From a virus, in the IMG/VR virus record IMGVR_UViG_3300005096_000058, positions 46,148 through 110,147 of that record: a stretch of DNA of 64,000 nt. One strand, given 5' to 3'. Each line of letters begins with the position of its first letter. The first letter of the stretch is position 1. The notes beneath the pieces were generated by a model. That model was not told the DNA's origin, searched no databases, and saw only the letters and a list, made by a program, of their open reading frames with translations. Made by a program: the position numbers and the translations under genes. Positions 10,201 to 18,107 of this stretch are shown here, piece after piece.

Positions 10201-10970
10201 ACCCACGACAGGAGCACCCCTTGGTCGCCAGCGTGCTCAATCATCTCCGCGTCTGGATATAGACCCTCCTTGGGGAAGACGAGAGAAGCCACTCGGTTGA
10301 ACGCCTCTTCAGCACGGCTCACCCAAGTTTGACCTCCGTTGGTTTTCCAGGCGTACTGGTTCCCATTTTTGTCCTCGACGATCTTACCGCCGTGGCTGCC
10401 CCCCAGGTTTCCCTTGAGTTTGAGCGTCGCAAGCAAGCTGTCTGGAAACGGAGGATCAGCGTCAGCCCCCGAGGCCCCTTTGGCCGACCACGCGGTGATC
10501 TCGTGCGGAGGGGGCACCAACGGTTCCCCAACGTGCTGCCAAAGTTCAGACGCTTTGAACTTGACCAAGCCGCCGATGCCAGCGGACTTGAGCCCGGGGA
10601 AAGAAGCCAGCAACAGCTGGGCGTCGCTGGCGCTGACGACGAAGATGCCTGCAAAACCCCCACCTTTCGATTGGATGCCCACGTCCTCTAACCACTCCCA
10701 AATTTGAGAGGCATGATCGGAGTCTTTTGGGTGGAGAGGTGGCGCGCCCTTGGTGGCCTTGGCCGCGTCTTTTTTGGCTTTGAGCTTCTTGGCGGCAGAG
10801 GACCCACCGTAGACCGGTTTGCCGTGCACCCAACCGACGATCTTGCCCCCTTTGGGGCCGATCGCCAGCACGACCATGCCGTTCGCAAACCCGAGCTTGG
10901 GCTTGGGCGTCTTAGCTTTTACGGCCTTGGAAAGGGCCGCAGGTTGGATTGCTAGCGCCGTCTGGAACAT
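4290..10970 (-). CDS. large multi-domain (polyvalent-type) virion-associated protein: HipA/PI3-4-kinase-like domain, RAMA/DUF2924-like modules, internal repeats, C-terminal ADP-ribosyltransferase-like domain
   Basis: 2226 aa; GGSHGG loop, AWK, LDWMMSNHDSHGANF and AIDKGQAF kinase-like motifs; SLSAAS...GGWKFF; C-terminal VHTG...GVPSR...GGAAGVFTR...HEVLF. Confidence 0.7.
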   Translation of the reverse strand: MFQTALAIQPAALSKAVKAKTPKPKLGFANGMVVLAIGPKGGKIVGWVHGKPVYGGSSAAKKLKAKKDAAKATKGAPPLHPKDSDHASQIWEWLEDVGIQSKGGGFAGIFVVSASDAQLLLASFPGLKSAGIGGLVKFKASELWQHVGEPLVPPPHEITAWSAKGASGADADPPFPDSLLATLKLKGNLGGSHGGKIVEDKNGNQYAWKTNGGQTWVSRAEEAFNRVASLVFPKEGLYPDAEMIEHAGDQGVLLSWVDNKGTIGNEVSGDHGTTKAKLQKHFERLVQHQVLDWMMSNHDSHGANFVETLGGDLAAIDKGQAFKAIGADKLSTSYKLNASSPAYNAMWKLFQNGEIKGDPIKAVTEVLLSIEKNLSVEQYHSIVAPYLEDAAQGLEDFEPKKKWALIEKRFKDLRSNWETFLSEMTGDKVTIPSAADEPAITPVEDKTEKIVDFVQTPGWPVTKGNVTVHAPGGEHPPGWPTKYPGPGYQAAVKMAGNVFEFGFDSVDGKPAIAVLFPNGTTKIYPSPAAAADSTQLFNKGLPLDMGSTEKKAKGIAYPATKLFALKQFEGEFQAAGTTSEPTIGSMSADELMAELGLAPEKKEITLHEMLAAVEDGIVTDSTLIPPAALTFAMEHAAISVPHDWPKTLPLPGSVIKILSADGTFDIWVVHQAAEGGAPLLKNVTVPSTGVPVVFGSTHPASQSLKSVLALPSVVAAAKATQTAKQPKPKPLPAGPAPQAEVTPAAKKVQTPKEVKYPKKGGPLPIGHKHELTKPFDHLGELKVQLEVLEEGFEVTIKAPKGDDVTKHKSLSAASDHVWLVQKGYLGKADYKAKTGKTKIASGGGWKFFGVKPKTGEFMEFANVIATTAEAALQPPGEPGWDGWKSPTADELDELPIGSVLGYGDPVAKPFPNSDPEGEGWVKHPDGWKPMGGSMTTALTATELSADVAEDAASGFGGLKVNSIGEPPPPPSSLAWQGSKVPTAAQLKALVFGTVLKDVAGYQYKKQLSGAFQTISGASYTVSDMIEHALSIEDQPGSPDTSGTKPLTVAELDALPVDAEINDGIDTFTKISHKDFPQGKWLNPKLDMVYTAEWLSSESVEWSVDLKGGQPVEAKDPTTLELLLAGGPPNLDPEPATPSITGDIGPTVVTTKEALPDFPDKDVVWSNATKLSGLPVPGKPNKTFGMKSPHWASWVPPMGVWLEGVLHGEKIWITPSATGYGEDGDASPTLKFVAIDEDGKIVHGAESSSSALALDYALADLMGIYNLTIAEVKAAFKLVDASFPQDVSFATYKALPTAGEAIGVHPQDIPPEQKNKVVVDKLPLAEYVALASVQEKYAAEFNLEDDSLYCYAKQGLSAAPTEALASFLADHALDWEVEFFGPGPSSGAWADVPTDADVSSKLYAAETTVAESAAQPPYVDHADLDSPGPDAGKKKLKSLPSNLKLTTVIDKIYALPAGVKLHTKWGETLSSLGPGANALNPMFSVTNKQGVTLSEGFTAKKAASMIQEAGGASVQWPGDPVKKKKKPKPLAPTVKKPSVDSEKVKKAKAWAAWVKSHPQSNKASDLLTLSFLQEKLAGLGYEGGLHVHDDGEGNFLIAGKDSAKFKEAVANWQSMPPSTDVTSPLGDMLGVSKDELANRFPGTQTIKGPDNVDYPAGTTFEQTEVTTKTVKHEVVADFVSGFSEEGLGKPKKIKPHDTDSDKIVIKFGGITNEAQAAAKQYLADKSITVHGEPMVATNTVFTVTKADLDVAVETTTVTTPKLPDLPPAFAQSAPPFALGPQKQGELAINNEADLGALDAIKMGHWGHTIRHGGAGLWINSQISVRRVANPDGEDFFEVTGDLLNFNPQKSKLSKGKIKYTSTTDEAGGAVYDVYDEDTGLHKKGDNVIEGGWFGFDGLTDGGSYVGVAHNGDLAPEAHGGLAMRNRFVARIPASKDVQTELQQGLQLAGIAPALAASAHDGQAERLFIKSQLVRNSLGAKGYWGASRKNYDNEVWLDSQLKKSGFDKYVDTARIKVGAGGAHTVEFDQITDADLKDVQFVHTGADSPGAATAFLLQETGVPSRKQGYTTGTAPYSSQAGSDVNTGGAAGVFTRIARKGGPQASGVHGYNTGSTVRYIYRPRILKRADYWAHNHDGYGSQAPAKSKPDTLNLNSSSHEVLFEHGVAHEDIAGVWCASDQVRSGLIETLTSAGKTEINNIPVADFFFTSPTQNNASINKACKGLKVPAP

Positions 10971-11002
10971 GCTCCCACCCTACTCGGGAAGCTGCGACCG
11001 GG

Positions 11003-11281
11003 CTACTGGACAACGTAGAGCTCAACCGCTTTTTTCTGTGGAGCGCCGAAGCTTTTAGCCAAGGCGGATTCAAGGTCGGCAGCGTCAGGGAGCGCGTGCC
11101 TGGCCGCGAGCTCGCCGTCTGCACGGATGTCGTAGAACGTCCCCGTGAGCTCGGGGCTGTTACGCTCGATCTCCAGGTTGCGCTTTCCAGACACCCAAGC
11201 CCGCGCGTACGCGCCAAGCACTTGCATACCAAAGTCCGTGAACGATCCGTCTGCGTTTTCAGTTGGTAAGGTCATAGCCAA
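11003..11281 (-). CDS. hypothetical protein
   Basis: 92 aa ORF coupled to the MuF gene; contains LAKS. Confidence 0.55.
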   Translation of the reverse strand: MAMTLPTENADGSFTDFGMQVLGAYARAWVSGKRNLEIERNSPELTGTFYDIRADGELAARHALPDAADLESALAKSFGAPQKKAVELYVVQ

Positions 11282-13767
11282 CTCTTTTCATCTTCCAGTT
11301 CGAGTAGGTGGGTGACGGGGCTGTCTTCACCTAAAAATTTCACAGCCACCGCTAAACGTTCCTCGTCGTCGGTAGCATTTCCCCAGGCGGACCATCCTTC
11401 CTCACCCATCTGCTCATCAGGAATGACTACAATAGGGACAGACACACCGGCCGCCTTGGCCGCAGCAACTCTATGCGAACCGGTCCAAGCGTCTGGGCGG
11501 ACAGGATCGCCAGAAACCACGACGGGGGCGCCCACAAATTCACCTTGGGCGCGGAAGCGGCGCTCAATCGATTTTAATTTGTCCTGGTCGCGTACCTCGT
11601 GGAGGGGGTTGATCCGACTAGCTTGTATACTGCGCTGGCGCCTAATTGCGTGGCCTTTTAGATTCGAAAAATCAGCTGTATCTTTCGTATAGGGGATCGT
11701 GTGCTGTGGGTCGGCCCACTTGCCCCCTCGCGGTCCCAAGAACAAAGCCTTGTCTAGTAGATCGTCGCCACTCTTAGTGCCGAGGTCAATCGGTTTGCGT
11801 TCCTCGTCGTTCTCAATGATCCGCGCTGAATCATCTTCGATGGGCCAACGGGGCCTGCCCTCTTGCTGCGTCGGGTGCCACTGGCCTTCGGGCTGACGGA
11901 CAGCGCCGCGGTTGGTAGGTACGTCGCGCATCTGGAAACTGATCCGCGCCACCTCACGCTTGTGCTCTTCCGCGCGGTTCTCCGTCTCGTCGGGTGTGAT
12001 GATGTTCTTGGTGTTCTTGTAGGCATCGGCGATCGCGTAAATCTGCGTGTCGACACCCGCCCCAAAAACATAGATGCTGGGGTCGCGGCGGACGATGACA
12101 TCGCCATGATGTTGCGCCCCTTGGAGGTATTCGCGGACACCTGCGACGTCATGAGGGTTGTGCGGCTTGGCCGGTAGCTCGGCCTGAATGTTGACCCCGC
12201 CGCCGCTGCCTTCTTTGAGGATGAACTGCCCGCCGCCAACGGCGAAAGCTGTACCGCTCACACCCTCGACGTAGGGGACACCCTTCCGCATGAGGGTCAC
12301 CGCTCGTCTGCGGATCTTAGGCCGAATTGTGAACCGCGCGTCTGGACGGAGAGGAGGAGGCACCGGCTCCACGTAGTTGGGGTTGGGCACCACGAACTCA
12401 GGGGTGGCTTTTGACAACTTGCGCGGGTTGGCCAACGTGGTGGTGAGCTTGTCTTTGAGCTTGCCCACGCTCATCGTCGTCATGCTTCCGAAAAAACCTT
12501 CGTCATCGTAGTTGGCGAGATAGGCCGCTTTGGCCTCCCCTGCCGACGAAAAACCAAGCATAACCTTGTCCTCGTCGTAGCCCTCAAACTTCCCCTCTAA
12601 GGTGCGCTTGCGTTGGTGCACGACGTACGCCTTCGATGCAAGGGGGTTGGGTCCGACGAAGCAATCGACGTGATCACCGTCGACACCAAGCGTGCGCCGG
12701 ATGTAGCCGTAGGGCCAAAGCATCACGCTGGCCCCTGAAGTCTTGTTCTTGTGGTCCTTCCAAAAGCGCAGTCCACCCGCGCCGTTCTCGATGGCGATGT
12801 CCATGCCTTGGAATTGCAGCTCCCCGTCCAGACGGTACGCCTTCACCAGCGCGTCCATATGCTGGTCTTCTGCTCGCAGCGCTTTCTCCACGTCGTCAGC
12901 AGCACCCTCGTACTCAACACCAAACTCGCCGCCTGGCACCATCGTACCATCTTCGTCGTAGCCCCATCCTGCGGGGACGCGAACAGCCTGGCACTGGCAA
13001 TTGGGATGAATTGAGCCAATGCTTGGTACCCAGTCCGCTGCTTTCTTCCCCACGTTGGACCCGGGGGCGCCCAACTGAGACAGCTTGAAGATGATCGGGG
13101 CACCGTCGGGGCCTAAACTCAATCTGAGGCAGTGTTTGCAGGCGTCGGGCATGGCGATCAGAGAGACCCGGGCGTCCTCACCATATTGTTTGCGGAAACC
13201 GTCGGCGACGCCTTCCTGCATGACGTTGTGCTTCTCCGTGACGGCAATGCGGTCGAGGTTGCGGGTCCAGTCCTGCATGGCGTGCCCGAGCTTGCTCTTG
13301 AGCGTACCCACCGTGCTGCGGCTAGCCACATTCTCAGAGGTGCTCGTCTGGATGTCAGCTTGAAGTTTTTTGCGCTGGGCCTGGTCAGCTTCGATCAGGA
13401 GCTTGCCCGTCTGGATGTCGATCGTGTTCCCCAGCCCCTGCACGTACTGGGCGGCATTGATCTTAGCCGTCTGGATGGCCTGCTCCTCGACGGCAGACAA
13501 TGGGATGGGGTTTTTGGCGAGTTCAGCCTTGACCTTGTCGAGGTCCCAGGTAGGCATATTTGGATCTTGAAGCTTGGCCACCAGCTGGCCGTAGGTGTAC
13601 GCGGTTTCAAATAGATCTTCGTGGCCCTCTAGCAGCCCCGCGCTCTTCAGATCAGCCACAACTCCAGCCGGAATAGCAGTCGGACCAAAGACGTCGACGA
13701 CAAAAGCAGCGTTGTGCTTCTGGATGACCTCCTTCACCAACTGCATGAGTTCCGGGGTGAGCTTCAT
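11272..13767 (-). CDS. MuF-like minor head protein fused to inorganic-pyrophosphatase-like (InPase) and ParB/Srx-like domains
   Basis: RIAVTE..ACKHC..HPNCQC (MuF); IAIEN..YGYIRRTLGVDGDHVDCFVGP..DEDKVMLGF (InPase); PVVV..TGSHRVAAA..VPIVV (ParB-like); start chosen at ATGA overlap (track start 13794). Confidence 0.8.
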   Translation of the reverse strand: MKLTPELMQLVKEVIQKHNAAFVVDVFGPTAIPAGVVADLKSAGLLEGHEDLFETAYTYGQLVAKLQDPNMPTWDLDKVKAELAKNPIPLSAVEEQAIQTAKINAAQYVQGLGNTIDIQTGKLLIEADQAQRKKLQADIQTSTSENVASRSTVGTLKSKLGHAMQDWTRNLDRIAVTEKHNVMQEGVADGFRKQYGEDARVSLIAMPDACKHCLRLSLGPDGAPIIFKLSQLGAPGSNVGKKAADWVPSIGSIHPNCQCQAVRVPAGWGYDEDGTMVPGGEFGVEYEGAADDVEKALRAEDQHMDALVKAYRLDGELQFQGMDIAIENGAGGLRFWKDHKNKTSGASVMLWPYGYIRRTLGVDGDHVDCFVGPNPLASKAYVVHQRKRTLEGKFEGYDEDKVMLGFSSAGEAKAAYLANYDDEGFFGSMTTMSVGKLKDKLTTTLANPRKLSKATPEFVVPNPNYVEPVPPPLRPDARFTIRPKIRRRAVTLMRKGVPYVEGVSGTAFAVGGGQFILKEGSGGGVNIQAELPAKPHNPHDVAGVREYLQGAQHHGDVIVRRDPSIYVFGAGVDTQIYAIADAYKNTKNIITPDETENRAEEHKREVARISFQMRDVPTNRGAVRQPEGQWHPTQQEGRPRWPIEDDSARIIENDEERKPIDLGTKSGDDLLDKALFLGPRGGKWADPQHTIPYTKDTADFSNLKGHAIRRQRSIQASRINPLHEVRDQDKLKSIERRFRAQGEFVGAPVVVSGDPVRPDAWTGSHRVAAAKAAGVSVPIVVIPDEQMGEEGWSAWGNATDDEERLAVAVKFLGEDSPVTHLLELEDEKSWL

Positions 13768-14192
13768 CCCAGGCGGCCACGCGGCGTTGGGCACGTGATG
13801 GCCCGGTCGTGGTCAAGCGGGAACGCCTTGAGCACGATCTTCGGCTTACTAAAAAAGAACTCACGGATGCGCTGCTTGAGAGGTGGTCGGTACGCGGGCA
13901 GACCGGAAGCGATGCGGTGGTGCTCATCAAGGGTGTTAAACATGGGCGCCTGCTTAATGTCACGCCAGAACTCCACGTGCTCCATCTTAAAACTGACGCT
14001 GCGTAGCGTCAGCTCCAACGGCTCCGCGCGCCAGCCCACGCCTTGGGGGGGTAACGTGAGCGCCTCAAGTACCTCACCATGTGTCAACCGCGTGACCGGC
14101 TTGTACCCGAGGTCCAGGTTAGCTGCGAGCATGGCACCAGCAATACCAATACCAAGCTTCTTAAAGAATCCGCGACGTGTATCTGACATCAT
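13764..14192 (-). CDS. hypothetical protein with twin-arginine-like signal
   Basis: N-terminal DTRRGFFKKLGIGIAGAMLAA. Confidence 0.5.
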   Translation of the reverse strand: MMSDTRRGFFKKLGIGIAGAMLAANLDLGYKPVTRLTHGEVLEALTLPPQGVGWRAEPLELTLRSVSFKMEHVEFWRDIKQAPMFNTLDEHHRIASGLPAYRPPLKQRIREFFFSKPKIVLKAFPLDHDRAITCPTPRGRLG

Positions 14193-14650
14193 TTTGAGTC
14201 TGCTTTCTTTGTCGACTCCGTGAACAGATCGCGGAGCTCGTTGACGCTCATGCCGTAAAGCGGGCCGCCTTCTTCGAAGTCTTCCGGGGTGTAACCCTGA
14301 CCAATGAGCGCAGCCTGCATCTTGTCATAGGCAGCTTGCTCCTCGTCGACCATTTTGGCCGTGTAATCTGGGCTCGCTGTTGCGCTCTTGACCATGTGGC
14401 CGTCCACCGTCTGGACAATCTCTGTGATCATGCGATCGAAACCGCGTTGGGCTCGGGCGCGCATTTTCGTGTGGAGGTCGCGAAGCGCCTGGTGCTTGAG
14501 GACGGGTTCGTGCGCGGGGGCCGTGGCCGCCTTCTGCAGCCGGTCAGCGAGCGCAGGAGCATCCTCCCCGAGCGCTTTGGCCATCGCGTCGAGCAACTCC
14601 GACCCACGCTCACGCAGCTCCTCAGGCGTAGCTTCCAGACGCAATTTCAC
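14189..14650 (-). CDS. hypothetical head-module protein
   Basis: GTGA overlap start; helical; LQKA, MVKS motifs. Confidence 0.6.
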   Translation of the reverse strand: MKLRLEATPEELRERGSELLDAMAKALGEDAPALADRLQKAATAPAHEPVLKHQALRDLHTKMRARAQRGFDRMITEIVQTVDGHMVKSATASPDYTAKMVDEEQAAYDKMQAALIGQGYTPEDFEEGGPLYGMSVNELRDLFTESTKKADSK

Positions 14651-15048
14651 GGCAGCGCGTCTCCCCACACAGCCCAGATGAGACGGAGGTCTGCGATCGG
14701 GGTGACGATCAAAGCGGAGACGTCGCATTCCATAAAAACTTTAGACTCAGCAAACACGGCAGCGCTGGCCCCTGTTGCCCCGCGCCGCACCTGGAACGGG
14801 CCGGCGCCGTTGATCAACAGATCGAAGTCCCCTGTGGCGCGAAGGAAGAAACCTTTACCCACCGTCACCACTGCGCCAAACGGGACGGTGAACGCACCAT
14901 CTGACGAGAGCAGATTTTTGGCGTCGCTGGTCTGTGAGGTGAACCCATCGAGGATCGCCTCAGAGAGGGCATCGTCCAGACCCAGCAACACGTTCTTGCC
15001 GTCCGCGTCTTCGGTGATCTTGGGATTAACTGTGTGCCTGATACGCAT
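14647..15048 (-). CDS. hypothetical (possible structural) protein
   Basis: 133 aa; GGAGG RBS; directly follows portal. Confidence 0.65.
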   Translation of the reverse strand: MRIRHTVNPKITEDADGKNVLLGLDDALSEAILDGFTSQTSDAKNLLSSDGAFTVPFGAVVTVGKGFFLRATGDFDLLINGAGPFQVRRGATGASAAVFAESKVFMECDVSALIVTPIADLRLIWAVWGDALP

Positions 15049-15057
15049 GACGCCCTC

Positions 15058-18000
15058 CTATAGGTCGAGGTCGATGCTCACAATACCCGGCACCGCCGCT
15101 GGTGTCCCCTGCCCCCCCAAAGCCTGTGAGGACCAGCTGCCTTTGCCGAATGGATTTCCTCCCCCAGACGAGCCCTTCTTGGCTTCCTCATCGGAGGTGG
15201 CAGCTGCGCCGTCCTCAGCATCTGCTGCGTTCTCGTTTTGGATGCCATCGAGTTCACCACCGAATGCGGCGTCCGTGCCGTCGTCCTCCGCAAAGTCTCC
15301 GGTGCCCATCTCCTGCTGCGCCGCCATCGTCTTGTTTTGCATCCAGACAGCGTGGAGAATGACTTGCCCCTCTCCGTCTGGAAGCGGCGGGAGATCTTCC
15401 TCGGCACGCACCTCGTCGACCATCTTGTACGATGTCACCTGCTTTGTATTGAGGTCAGCGAGCTCGTCTGGGGTTTGCGCGTCCAGACCGACAAAAGCGA
15501 ATTCGAAATCTTCGTCGATGCGGTGAACGAGGAAGGAGGACAACCGGTGCTGGATAAATCGGAGAAGGGGCTGCAGCCCTTTGTCTTTGGACTGCGCCAG
15601 CTTTTGCTTGTTGCTCGACTCAAACATCGAGCCGCCGCTGCCCCCGCTGTCCCCATATTTGAAGTTGATCTCCATCGGATCCATGCCGTAGATCGCGCAC
15701 GCCACCTTGATCAGGAAATCAAACCACGCGCTGAATTCCATGTCGCGGTTGGATTGCTGCAGGTTGATGTATTGGAGCTCCTCCGCATTTGTGATCGGAG
15801 TTTTGAATGCGTTCTCGACGCCAGCGACCATCGAATACCAATGACGGCGAAAAGCGCGCAGCTGTTTCTCAGGCACGGCACCTTTGAAGTTGATGATGCC
15901 TTTGGTCGACGTGCCTTGGCTGTTGTGCACGGCCATGTGGTTGAGCACGAACAGGTGCTCGTCGTTGAAAACCTCGACATCGAACATCTCACGATCTTCG
16001 TCGGCGTGACCAACAACCTCAACCGGCACCTGTAGGTAGCGCAGCCACGCGGGCTCCTCAGCACCGAGGCGTTGCAGAAGGTGGATTGCGTAGGCGCGGC
16101 TCATCGTCACGCGTCCCCCCGACGCTTTGCGGGCCATGTCGCGCTCCGCAACAGAGAGGGACTTGTAGTTGTCGTGCTTCCAGACGTGCGTACCAAGGTT
16201 GCGGCTCAAGTGCGGGTGCAACCGGTCCCAGCGATCGCGCTGAGCAGGACTGCGTTCAATCCCCTCGTTTTTGTACGCCTGCAAATAACCCACGGACGAC
16301 GTGAAAGAGGCGATGTCCTGCACGGTGATGGTACCGTGTCGGCTCGCAGCTGTGCCTCCACCCACAAGGTTTGAAGCCACGCCCACCGACCACAAACACT
16401 TGAGGATGTCCTGCGCCAGAGCCGGATCGGAGGAATGCACGCTTGGGGTACGGTAACCTGTGGCGTGTGTGGCGGTGCAGCCATCAGCACTGAAGATGCC
16501 GCGGAGCAAAGCGGCACGGATGTGCGCTGGCTGGCGGTAGACACTTTCAGGGATGCGCTTACCCTCACGAGACGGGCGGAAACCAATGTCACGCAGCCAG
16601 CGGTGGAACGCTGTGTGGCATATTTGCAACGCTGGGTAACCAAACTCGCCATCGCTACGCTCGATGGTTTTGTTGATCACACGGTCGGTGCAATGAATAC
16701 CATGCCTCACGCAAACAGCCTTAAACCGTTCGAAGAGATCAGCATCACGAGAATAGTGCGGGAAGACTTGCAACCAGCTGGGGGTGTCTCGCCCTTCATC
16801 GGGGAAGTACCCATCACCTAGCGCGAAGCCCATGAACTCCCAAAATTCAGGGTCCTCAATGAGCGCTTTCGTGGGGCGGAAGTCGCGTCCTGTTTTTCGA
16901 TCGGTGTCGTAAACGCGGTCGACGAGGAGGGTCTCATAATCGAATTCAGGGTCGGAGCGCTCATAGCTGACCAAGGCGAAATCGCCGGCCTGCAAGTCTT
17001 CTTGGCGGACCCATTCGGGATCACCATCACGGGAGCTCGCTGGGATCACGCGGTACCTATGGTCGGGACTGGTGGTGAGCTCCAGCCCATTCCACAATGT
17101 GGTGACCGCGGTGACCTTCTTGCCTGTGGGGAAAGCGCGCGCCTCCCCCCAAGTGCCTGGGCCAGTGCTGGCCACGAAGTTTTTTCCAGACAGATCCCTC
17201 AAAGGGATCAACCCTTCTGATGTGGTCACCAGCCCGTCGCCATCCGCACAAAAGAATTTCTGATTATAGTCCCATGACCAAAGTAACGACGTCACCGTCG
17301 AGATCAACATCTCTGTTTCGGCAATCCCGTACCCTTGGTTTCGGATGTCCGTGACCGGATTGCGAACACCAAAACACATCTGATCAGCGCCATATTCGGC
17401 TGTGACCAGGCCGTCGTAGATCTGGACGTAGCGGGTCTCTTCGGGTGTGCCTTGGTAGTAAAGCTTGGTTGTGTCCGCGATGCGCAGCGTGGCGCCGTCA
17501 ACGGCGTAGAAGTCGTAAGGCTTGTCACCACGATCTTCCCGCACCTCGAAACCCAGTTGGTCATAGGTCAATGCGTCGCGCACGATCTTGCGCAAGAACG
17601 TCTCAAAATTGTCGCGAGCATTGGGTGTGCCGCGGTCGTTGACCTTGCCCGTTGTCATCACCCAGTTGGTGATCTCTTTGCTCTTCTTTTCGCTGGCCTT
17701 AGAGGGGGAAGCCTTGCGATCACGCAACTGGATGCGAAAGCCTGTCTGGAACTTGTCCTCCTGCGGCAGACTGAAATTGGCCATCTGGTCGGTGCGCGTC
17801 TTGATGATCGCCTGGATGATCGGCATGCGGAAGACCATCGCCGACAACGTCGAGTAACTGATTGAGCTTGGCCGCTCTTTGTATCCGAGCGCGTCAATGA
17901 CTGAGAACGGATCCCAGAACAAGGCTTTGGGATCGCTGACCGGATCACCAATTTCTGACGGGTGTGGACCGGCCGTTGCGGGCGTGTCCGTAGTGGGTTG

Positions 18001-18099
18001 TGCGCCGTCGTCACCCTCATCCTGCGCCTTGGACAGCACATCGAGAGCCGCCGTAGAGGCGGCTCCCGCTGCTTCCCTCACTGTGTCGAAGAGCCCCAC
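15058..18099 (-). CDS. portal protein with intein
   Basis: FLRKIVRDALTYDQ..E, VDGATLR, GYGIAETE, DMEF..W, KDKGLQPLL and DEVRAEEDLPP SPO1/Twort-type portal motifs. Confidence 0.9.
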   Translation of the reverse strand: MGLFDTVREAAGAASTAALDVLSKAQDEGDDGAQPTTDTPATAGPHPSEIGDPVSDPKALFWDPFSVIDALGYKERPSSISYSTLSAMVFRMPIIQAIIKTRTDQMANFSLPQEDKFQTGFRIQLRDRKASPSKASEKKSKEITNWVMTTGKVNDRGTPNARDNFETFLRKIVRDALTYDQLGFEVREDRGDKPYDFYAVDGATLRIADTTKLYYQGTPEETRYVQIYDGLVTAEYGADQMCFGVRNPVTDIRNQGYGIAETEMLISTVTSLLWSWDYNQKFFCADGDGLVTTSEGLIPLRDLSGKNFVASTGPGTWGEARAFPTGKKVTAVTTLWNGLELTTSPDHRYRVIPASSRDGDPEWVRQEDLQAGDFALVSYERSDPEFDYETLLVDRVYDTDRKTGRDFRPTKALIEDPEFWEFMGFALGDGYFPDEGRDTPSWLQVFPHYSRDADLFERFKAVCVRHGIHCTDRVINKTIERSDGEFGYPALQICHTAFHRWLRDIGFRPSREGKRIPESVYRQPAHIRAALLRGIFSADGCTATHATGYRTPSVHSSDPALAQDILKCLWSVGVASNLVGGGTAASRHGTITVQDIASFTSSVGYLQAYKNEGIERSPAQRDRWDRLHPHLSRNLGTHVWKHDNYKSLSVAERDMARKASGGRVTMSRAYAIHLLQRLGAEEPAWLRYLQVPVEVVGHADEDREMFDVEVFNDEHLFVLNHMAVHNSQGTSTKGIINFKGAVPEKQLRAFRRHWYSMVAGVENAFKTPITNAEELQYINLQQSNRDMEFSAWFDFLIKVACAIYGMDPMEINFKYGDSGGSGGSMFESSNKQKLAQSKDKGLQPLLRFIQHRLSSFLVHRIDEDFEFAFVGLDAQTPDELADLNTKQVTSYKMVDEVRAEEDLPPLPDGEGQVILHAVWMQNKTMAAQQEMGTGDFAEDDGTDAAFGGELDGIQNENAADAEDGAAATSDEEAKKGSSGGGNPFGKGSWSSQALGGQGTPAAVPGIVSIDLDL
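15922..17250 (-). mobile_element. intein with LAGLIDADG homing endonuclease in portal (443 aa)
   Basis: QKFF|CADGD start, block B TSPDHRY, MGFALGDG and LRGIFSADG, FDVEV...VHN|S end. Confidence 0.9.
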
Positions 18100-18107
18100 A
18101 AGGCCGC

